Positions 1-7,411 of a stretch of 7,472 bases of DNA are shown here, one piece after another. Every line of letters starts with the position of its first letter. The first letter of the stretch is position 1. The notes beneath the pieces are model-generated. The model searched no databases. It saw only the letters and a list, made by a program, of their open reading frames with translations, and was not told the DNA's origin. Position numbers and translations under genes: made by a program. This DNA is from Candidatus Iainarchaeum sp. Its GTDB lineage: Archaea; Iainarchaeota; Iainarchaeia; Iainarchaeales; CSSED10-239. The stretch is taken from positions 1 through 7,472 of the forward strand of contig CALBUD010000065.1 of the NCBI GenBank assembly GCA_937968065.1. Direction: 5' to 3'.

Positions 1-2
1 TG

Positions 3-251
3 TTTTGGTTTATATCACATCCATTATTAATGCCATACTTATATGGTTTTATAATTCACGATTACGAATATAGTAATAAATGTGAATATAAGATAACAAG
101 ACTACAAGCTGATGAATTCTTCTTATATAATAATATACATAAATATAAAGGTAGTAAGTTAGTTTCTTTAGTTATGTATTTATGAGTGAGAATTGCAGGG
201 TATAATCATTTCAAAGCTGATTTGCCATTTGATAAGAAAACAATAAAATAA
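3..251 (+). CDS. Hypothetical protein: either the 3' end of a gene truncated by the window edge, or a complete 73-aa ORF from ATG 30
   Basis: Frame 3 has no TAA/TAG from the first base to TAA 249-251. That is 83 codons with one in-frame TGA at 183-185, which is unlikely by chance in DNA this AT-rich. I recognise no motif. Frame 2 is also open over 2..73 with a hydrophobic tail (VLVYITSIINAILIWFYNSRLRI), so the real end of the upstream gene is ambiguous. Confidence 0.4.
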
Positions 252-297
252 TATAAAAGAAAGGAAACCTATAATATTAAATAAATAATAACAGACA

Positions 298-825
298 ATG
301 GTTGCAGAAAGTAAAATAGTGTGGACTACATTTGTAATAGCTTGATTAACAATACCTATCTATTGAATAGAAGTGTTAATATTGGCATTATTCCTATATC
401 TAATAGTTCAGCTGATAGACATAATATCTTGATATATAGCTGCTAGAAAAAGACAAGCTATTGCAAGTGGTATAATTAGAGAATGACTTGTAAGTAAATT
501 TACACTTCTAGTATGAATAATGTTAGCAATATCTATAACAATATTCTTAACAACAGCTTTACAAGGACTTAATTTAACAATCTTTTGATTTCCTATTTGT
601 TACATAATAGCTATATTCCCTTTAGCTACAACTACACTTTTTATATATATGGAAATTCTATCTATATTAGAAAATTTAAGTTACATACTAAAAGGAACTA
701 GACAATGAAAATTGTTTTGAGTTATTAGCTTCTTATGAAACAAACTATTTAATGTATCAATAGATAAGTTAAGTGAAACAGCTGAAAAGAAAATAGATGC
801 TAAGTTTAAAAATAATTTTAAATAA
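298..825 (+). CDS. Phage holin, phage_holin_4 (toxin secretion/phage lysis holin)-like, 175 aa
   Basis: ATG 298 is the first start after an in-frame TAA at 289-291, and the stop is TAA 823-825. There are nine in-frame TGA codons (343, 364, 430, 484, 514, 586, 706, 718, 736). The table-25 translation has several hydrophobic helices. It also has LIDIISGYIAA, ASGIIREGLVSKFTLLV and FIYMEILSILENLSYILKG. These resemble the family-4 holin consensus as I recall it: D-Y-I-T-G, S-S-K-x-G-x-K-G-x-x-K-K and E-x-x-S-I-L-E-N. A charged C-terminal tail follows, and a peptidase gene starts directly after it. Confidence 0.8.
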
Positions 826-826
826 T

Positions 827-1585
827 ATGAAAATATATATAAAGAAAATAATTGAAGCTCTCTATTGATTATATAAGTTTTATATAACTAATGATGAGGC
901 TTTTGATGAAATAGTGAAAGACCCTAGGGATTATGAAAGTTTAGCTTGATGAGAAACAAAAGGTCTTCCGCAAAGGTTTGAATATAAACCTTATCTAGTG
1001 ACAGACCAAAGAAAGGATTGATATAGAATGAGTTGTACATCTCAGTGAACAGCAGGGGCTATTAACACTTCAACTAAATATAAAAAAGGGAAAACTTTCT
1101 ATTTACCAGAACCTTTATGGGATGATATGGTGGACAATAAAGTGGGGGACAGAAAGAGAGGTGCCTATTTAAAAGATGCTGTAGGAACAGCTTATAAGAA
1201 AGGTTGGTTTAAAGCCTATTATAGAGCCACAAGCAATGATGCTAAGAAAGAGGCTTTATATAGAGGTGATTTGATAGTTACAGGGTCAACAAAGATTGAT
1301 TGGAAAGAACTTATTAAAACAGACAATATAGTTAGAGCAGCCTGACAAGGCTATTGACACGCCTTCTATATAGTGGGGTGGAATGAGATTTGATGGATAT
1401 GTCAAAACTCTTATTGACCTGATTTTGTATTGAACCAATTTGTAATACCATATTCTCTTGCTGACGAAGTGTTATTCAATTCAACATATGCTTTAACAGT
1501 TAATGACCCAGATTGGACTAAAATAAGCAAAGGGGAATTGTTTGAAAAATATAAATTAACTAGAATGAAAAATGCCAACAAATAA
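827..1585 (+). CDS. Papain-like (peptidase C1 family) cysteine peptidase, candidate endolysin, 252 aa
   Basis: ATG 827 lies 1 nt after the holin stop. An alternative ATG at 797 would overlap the holin. The stop is TAA 1583-1585 and there are nine in-frame TGA codons. Track ORF 1127..1345 is an internal fragment of this frame. The motifs are VTDQ(x7)SC with Cys at 1034-1036, GYGHAFYIVGW with His at 1358-1360, and WICQNSYG with Asn at 1406-1408. The His-to-Asn spacing is 16 residues, as in papain H159-N175. The block resembles cathepsin-type GGHAxxxxGWG...W..x.NSWG. The endolysin role is inferred from position only. Confidence 0.72.
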
Positions 1586-1871
1586 AAAATGATATTGGTC
1601 TAAAAATTGATGAGCCAATTATAAAAAATACCAATGAACAGATAAGGCTAAAAAAGATAGAGCTGCTAGAAATAAAGCTAGAAGAGAGGCTGAAAGAAAA
1701 GGTAAAGTGAGGAAATGAGATTGAAAGCATATAGACCATATTAAACCATTAAGCAAAGGTGGCTCTAGGTCTACAAAAAATACAAGAGTTGTTAGTGCTA
1801 AAGCTAACCAAAGAGCCTGAGCTAAAATAGCTAATAAAAGAAAAGGCTCTTGATACAAATTAAAAAAATAA
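1572..1871 (+). CDS. Small, very basic HNH-like (beta-beta-alpha-metal finger) nuclease-family protein, 99 aa
   Basis: ATG 1572 is the first start after TAA 1557-1559 and overlaps the peptidase 3' end by 14 nt. The stop is TAA 1869-1871 and there are eight in-frame TGA codons. The translation includes VRKGDGKHIDHIKPLSKGGSRSTKNTRVVSAKANQRAGAK. This matches the HNH core pattern D-H-I-x-P-L-S-K-G-G-(x4-5)-N-(x8-9)-N, but it lacks the usual Cys pairs. The N-terminus is Lys/Arg-rich. It occupies the same DNA as the antisense track ORF 1619..1858. Confidence 0.55.
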
Positions 1872-1883
1872 TCTTAATTAAAA

Positions 1884-4241
1884 ATGAGATGAGAACAAAC
1901 AACTAGAATTGAAGACTTAACAGGTTGAATAAATGTTAGAGACTATCCATCTGAGATAGAGAATAAACAATTTCAAGACCTAGTTAATTTCAATTTTGAA
2001 TGAAATAAATTAGTTAGCAGTAAGGGAAAAGAAGTTAAACAAGTAACTTCTTCCCCTTTGCAGGCTATTAAAATAGATAGTAATGATTTATGGTATATAG
2101 AAGACTCAAAACTTTACAAAAGTTGAACAGAAGTTCCAGAGCTTCAATGAAGCACTATAACATTTTCTACATTATCAACTTATTGGCAACAATATGAACC
2201 TAATCTATACACTTATATAGTAATAGATTGAGTTGAATATGAAGTTAATTGAGCCACACCAGAAGAAAGGAAAAACTCTTTAGTTAATCAGCTTGATACA
2301 AATGTGTATGATGTAAGAGAAAAAAGTGTACAGGAAATATTTATAGGTAGATTTGATTTTATTGCTCCTGTAATATCTCTACCTTCTTATAGCTCATATA
2401 TATTATGAGTTGATGCTCCGTGAGCAACCTGATTAGACCGTACTTGGACTGAAATATTTTCAGACAATAAACTTAATTGAACTTGTATAGTTATTAATTG
2501 AACTCCTGTTGCTTGATTAATACAGCCTAATACAAGCTGAACATTAAGAAGTAATGCTAATACATTATTTTCTACTATGTCTTTCCCTTCAGAAAATAAC
2601 GCTGTGCAATATTATTTTGATAATGATGTTGATTTAAATATATGAGACTCTAGCACATCTCAATCAATAGGTTGGCTTTTAAATAAGGTGGATACATTAA
2701 ATTATATATCAAATTATTCAGAGGAATATAGAGGTATATATTGCTTAAATACAACAACTTCATTTTCTGTTACATTTGATTGATATACAATAAGCTGAAC
2801 AATACCTGCCTGAAATATAGCTTCAATAAGAACTCAAATTGATACTCAACTTCCTTCTTGATACTATACAGAATACACTGCGGTTAGTAGCTGATTTTTA
2901 TATCCAGACTCAGCTCCTTGAGCATTCTTTATTTATTCATCTAATTGAGTTGCAACAATTTCTTCTTTTCAATTAAATTGACTTAATAGTGCTTCTTATA
3001 TTGTATATAATAAATGATATATCACAACACCAAAAACTTTAACACAAGGAGAGCAAATAGTTATATCTTGACAAGCAACTTGAATAAGTTTTGATTGAAT
3101 AGTTGATGTTACAATAGGTAATCAAATGCAACTTTTAGTTAGTAGAGATGATTGAGGTGCGGCTGTCTTTGTAGACAATATATACAATCCAATATGAGAA
3201 GAGGCTGTATGACTTCCAACTGTATGAACTATATATAACTGAAAGATTGTTTTATGAGGATACCCTGATAATGATAATATAGTATTTTCTAAAACTTCAA
3301 CACCAGACAATCCTTTGCTTATCACTTCATTTGATTGATATGATGCTTGAGGACAATCTGTATCAGGTTGAGATAAAGGTAGGGTTGTAGGTATGACAAC
3401 TTCTGAGAATTGATTATATGTCTTTAAAGACAATTCAATATGGTACACAAATTCAGAAAAAGATAATCCTGACTCAAACTCTTTCAACTTTATATTTAGA
3501 AAGATAACTTCTAGTTGAGCTTATAGCCAATCTACTATTACAGATGTAGAACAAGATGTTTTCTATTTAGATTGGAATGAAAGAGCTGTAAGAAGACTTA
3601 GTTATGAACAAAATTTAACAACTTTAAGAGATACTGCAATATCAGATGAGATAAGAGGATTATTAGAAGACTTACCACAAGACCAAAGTTTAGCAACAGC
3701 AAACTACACTTATCCAAATTATCGCCTATATCTATCAGACCACACTTGACCAACTATAACATATCCAAATGGGAAAACATATAATACAAACAATGTATGT
3801 TTAACATATAATGTATATAATAAAAGTTGGACAAAAGAAACTCTTTGAAATGTTATTGTAGCAGACAAAGGATATATAGGAACTAACGATAATAATATAA
3901 GTGAATTAGAAAAAGGTAATATTAATCTAAATGGATTAGCTCTTACAAAAAGATATACAGAAGGTGATGATTTCATAAGAAAGAAATATAATAGAGTGAA
4001 GGTTTTAGGTAAACTAAAGCCAGAATATTGAGAAAGCCTTTCTTTCACAACTGAAATATTAAATAATAACTGAGAAGTGGTAAAGAGAGTAACACAAACT
4101 GCAACTACAGAGGAAAGAATAGATGAGAGAATACATACCTATTTCCTATCTGAAAGTGTAGAGTTTAGGTTTAGTTTTTCTGGTAAAGGTAGAGTGGAAA
4201 TATATGACCTATTCTATTCTTATAAAGCTACTAAAATATAG
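1884..4241 (+). CDS. Large phage virion-type protein of unknown function, possibly a tail, neck or receptor-binding component, 785 aa
   Basis: I checked frame 3 codon by codon from ATG 1884 to TAG 4239-4241. ATG 1884 is the first start after TAA 1875-1877. The frame has no TAA/TAG and 42 in-frame TGA codons. The protein is rich in Ser, Thr, Asn and Tyr and looks beta-rich. An (S/T)-F-D-G-(Y/I) motif occurs three times. Segments such as ENGLYVFKDNSIWYT and DVFYLDWNERAVRRLSY resemble repeated beta-blade motifs seen in phage structural proteins. The functional call is weak. Track ORFs 3122..3487 and 3719..4048 are antisense shadows of this gene. Confidence 0.75.
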
Positions 4242-4245
4242 GGAA

Positions 4246-4287
4246 AATAAGCCCTGAGAGAGCTTTTAAGTTCTTTTAGGACTTATT
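4246..4287 (+). terminator. Long imperfect stem-loop in the only sizeable intergenic gap: possible terminator, RNA processing site or regulatory hairpin
   Basis: AATAAGCC (4246-4253) pairs with GGaCTTATT (4279-4287), leaving one bulge. The inner stem TGAGAGAGC (4255-4263) pairs with GTTCTTTTA (4270-4278) using several G-U wobbles. The loop is TTTTAA (4264-4269). It begins 5 nt after the stop of the 785-aa gene. No U-run follows it, so it is not a canonical intrinsic terminator. Confidence 0.3.
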
Positions 4288-4321
4288 ATACCTGTACAAT
4301 ATAAATAATAATAAAAACAAT

Positions 4322-5335
4322 ATGAATTTTATATATAATGAAACTCTTACTTGAGTTGTTGATTGAATTAATAAAACATTTACAACACAATATGTAATAG
4401 AGAAAATTGAAGAGGTTTATGTTGGTTGAGCTCCATATAGAGGAATTACATATACAGGACAAACTGTTGTTCTTAATGATGCTCCTCCTGCCTGAAGCTG
4501 ACAACCTACTATAGATTATTTTGAGTCTACAACACCTCCTCCTGTAACAGAAAGTGATGTTAGTCTAGGGCTTATAATAAATGATGTATATGATAAACTT
4601 AGTCAAGATAGAGTGAGCGGAGGGATACCAAATGATGTTTATAAAGAAAGTCAAATTAAGTTGGCAATAACATCAGGTTGGAGAAGAATTGAAAATAGTA
4701 GAGCATTAAAAGATGTAATAAGTTCTTATAGTTTCAGAAAAGCTAAAGAATTCACATTAAAACAAAAAGACTCATCTTCTATTGATATAGGAGAACAAAG
4801 CTACATACCATCTACAGGGAAACTTTCCCTTGACAATTGAGCCATTTTTGATTATAATGGATATAGCTGATGAATAATTAGCTCTATATGAGTGATTGGT
4901 GATACAGGAGCCACATTAAGTTTTTGATATAAACTTCCTAGCTCAGTGTTAAAAGTTAGTGAAGTGAGAGTTGGTTGAACTCTTATTGAGCCTGATGATA
5001 TAAGAGAATGGACTAATAGAAAGAACACTTACTGTGTTGCTGATTGATATTTGTTTCTACCTATTACTAATAAAGAAGATGTAGTGGTAGTTAAATATGT
5101 AAAAACTCACAACATTATAGAAGAAGACACTGACTTGTTTCCTTTAGAATGGGACTACTTTGAAATGCTAAGTTATTATGCTTTATATAAAATATGTGCA
5201 TTAGTTGAAGATGATAGAACCTCTCTATTCTACCAAGAATATGAAACTATCAAAAAGCAATATAAGGCTTATAAAAGTAGACAAGTTGATTGAATTAAGA
5301 ACACATTAAAAAGTGGTGTGTTAAAACAATATTAA
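4322..5335 (+). CDS. Two-domain hypothetical phage protein, probably virion-associated, 337 aa
   Basis: ATG 4322 is the first start after TAG 4277-4279, and the stop is TAA 5333-5335. There are 13 in-frame TGA codons. The gene joins track ORFs 4613..4840 and 5051..5293, which share its frame. The N-terminus NETLTGVVDGINKTFTT fits an L-T-G-x-x-D-G-x-N-x-x-F motif that I recall from the N-termini of phage structural proteins. A Pro-rich linker follows (APPAGSGQPTIDYFESTTPPPV). The C-terminus looks helical (EWDYFEMLSYYALYKICALVEDD...). Confidence 0.72.
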
Positions 5336-5354
5336 TATATAAATGTAAAAGAAA

Positions 5355-7391
5355 ATGGCGAAAGACAATAAAGCCCTTTTAAAAGAAGCTATAGATAAGG
5401 TGGGGGCAGATAAGGTTGAGAGTGCTATTAAAGAAGCTTGACCAGAAGCAATAAGAGCAGCATCAAGAGCTATACTTAGAGATGATAATCAATGATGAAC
5501 AGCTAATAAAAATACACAAATTGAGAATGTAGCTAAATGATATTCTAGTGATAACATTTGAATACCTTGAGTTAATGTTAATGTGGAAGGTTGAACTTCA
5601 AAAGAAACTTTTGATAAAACAGAAACTATAGACCAAATTGAAACACCTGAACAAGCTCAAGACTTAGTAGTTGATACAACTAAAGAAGATATGAAAACAA
5701 CTACAGCACAAATTGAAGAAACAGAAAAAATAGCTACACAAAGAACAGAAGAAGACAAAGTTATTAAAGATGCTGAAAAGAAAGCTATTGAAGACCAAGC
5801 TACTAAAATGCAAGAGCTTAGAGATGCTTATTCAAAAGAACTTGAGGATAGTGAGGCTAGAACTAGAACACTTATAGAAGATAGACTTGAAAGAGATACA
5901 GAGCTTTTAGAAGAACAAAAACAAGCTGAGCTTAATAAACTTGAAGCTGAAAAAGAACTACAAGCAGCAAAAGATAAACAAGCTATATTAGATGCTGAAA
6001 AACAAATAGAGGTTAGTAGGCAACAATCAGCTTGGGCTTATCAAAAACTTTGATTAGGTTTTTCTTCTTGAATAATCAACACTTCTCAACAAATAGCTAC
6101 AGAAGGTGCTGAAACAATAGCTGCATTGAAAGTGCAGGCTAATTATAATCAAGCTGATATAGCTTATAAAGTGGCACAAGTGGAGTTTGAATATACAAAT
6201 TCAATTAATCAAATGATTGATAACTACACTAATCAACAAATTGAACTTGAAGAAAGTGTGAGAGATAGAATATATACAGAACAAGAAAATCAATTAAAAG
6301 ATGAAGCTGAAAAAGATAAGGCAATAAGAGAAATAGAAAAAGAATATTTAAAAACAACTAGAGCAAGAGAAGATGAAATGAGAAGAGAAACTGAAAGGTT
6401 GAGAGATAAGGCTATAACACAATCTAAACAACTTCAAACTGAGCTTAAACAAAAAGAAACTGAAAATAAAACAGCTCTTAATGAACAAATGTTAAGCTGA
6501 GAATATTTTGCACTTTCAGTTGAAGAACAAAACAACCTTATATTACAAAGTGGTATGACTAGAGAGGAAGTTGATAGAAGAATAGGTGGGTCTATATGAA
6601 ACTATGCAAATCAATTAGCACAGAATATTATGTGAAATGATTTCTTCCTTTCTGCTACAGAAGATAGTAAAATTAAAAATAGAACTAAAAGCCTAATGGA
6701 GTTTAGTTGATATACATTAGAAGAGGCAACTAGAATTGCATTAGATGAAACATTACAAAAGAATGATAAATATAAAGCTATGAAGGCTGCTGAGGCTGCT
6801 TCTGCAAGTGGTTCAGGATGAGGGTCAGTAGCATCATCTAATTTAGCTTCTAAAATATTTGCAGCAAGTGAACAGCTTGGGAGAAAAATTAGTTATTGAG
6901 ATGCTGAAAAAATTGCAAACGACCCAGAAGCTGCTGCACAAATACTAGGTCAATGAGCTTTTGAAACTTGAAGTGTAGTTAATGACCCAGACTTATGAAC
7001 TTATAGCTGAACTACCATTTTTGGGAATAAATATAAAGATGATATAACTCCTGATAATACATATTGAATATTAAAAGAGGTTGACACATTAGATATTGAA
7101 ACTTGAGCAAAAAATAAATATAAAAATTTTGCACTAGATAAAATGTTGCTAGAATATGAAAACACTAAATCAAGTGGGGTTATAGAAGGTATAATGAAAT
7201 GATATAGTGCAGTAGATAAAGACAATAAAACTCTTATAGAAGAAAAACTAAAAAGTGAATTAAAAACTAAAGATGAACTTACTGACGAAGATGAAGGTAG
7301 TGTTTATATAGATGGTAGAAAGATTAGGATTTATAATCCTTGACCTAAAACAAATACAGAAATAGGTGAATTTGATAAACAAAAAAAATAA
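5355..7391 (+). CDS. Coiled-coil-rich phage protein (candidates: scaffold, internal/ejection or tape-measure-like protein), 678 aa
   Basis: I checked frame 3 codon by codon from ATG 5355 to TAA 7389-7391. ATG 5355 is the first start after TAA 5346-5348. There are 23 in-frame TGA codons and no TAA/TAG. Track ORFs 5691..6053 and 6126..6500 are two Glu/Lys/Gln-rich, glycine-free helical segments of this one frame. The C-terminal third is mixed and includes an ASGSGGGSVASS linker. I recognise no catalytic motif. Confidence 0.75.
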
Positions 7392-7411
7392 TAATTATTA
7401 ATAAATAAAAT

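Noticed and set aside
222-254. Possible sigma70-like promoter (TTGCCA ... TAATAT) upstream of the holin
   Set aside because: The spacer is about 21 nt, outside the canonical 16-18 nt. Hexamers resembling the -10 box occur by chance throughout DNA this AT-rich, and the promoter consensus of the likely host lineage is unknown.
1589-1603. Mini-ORFs: ATG-ATA-TTG-GTC-TAA (1589..1603) and the start-stop ATG-TAA (5343..5348)
   Set aside because: They are four codons and one codon long, which is expected by chance in AT-rich sequence. The first lies inside the HNH-like gene in another frame. The second sits in the 19-nt spacer before ATG 5355.
1619-1858. Minus-strand track ORF (79 aa, Leu/Ala/Phe-rich)
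   Set aside because: It lies antisense to the plus-strand HNH-like gene, whose translation has a recognisable D-H...N...N motif. The minus-strand product is low-complexity and hydrophobic, which is typical of an antisense shadow of Lys/Arg/Ala-rich coding sequence.
3122-4048. Minus-strand track ORFs 3122..3487 and 3719..4048
   Set aside because: Both lie inside the verified 785-codon plus-strand frame, which has no TAA/TAG across 2.3 kb. Their translations have no motifs and an odd composition. The minus-strand frames are open only over short stretches.
4286-4504. Minus-strand track ORF (72 aa, Ile/Asn/Ser-rich)
   Set aside because: The peptide is low-complexity and driven by AT content. 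It overlaps the 5' end of the plus-strand gene 4322..5335, whose N-terminus has a recognisable motif. It has no independent support.
7001-7225. Minus-strand track ORF (74 aa)
   Set aside because: It is antisense to the C-terminal part of the 678-codon plus-strand frame and has no motif support.
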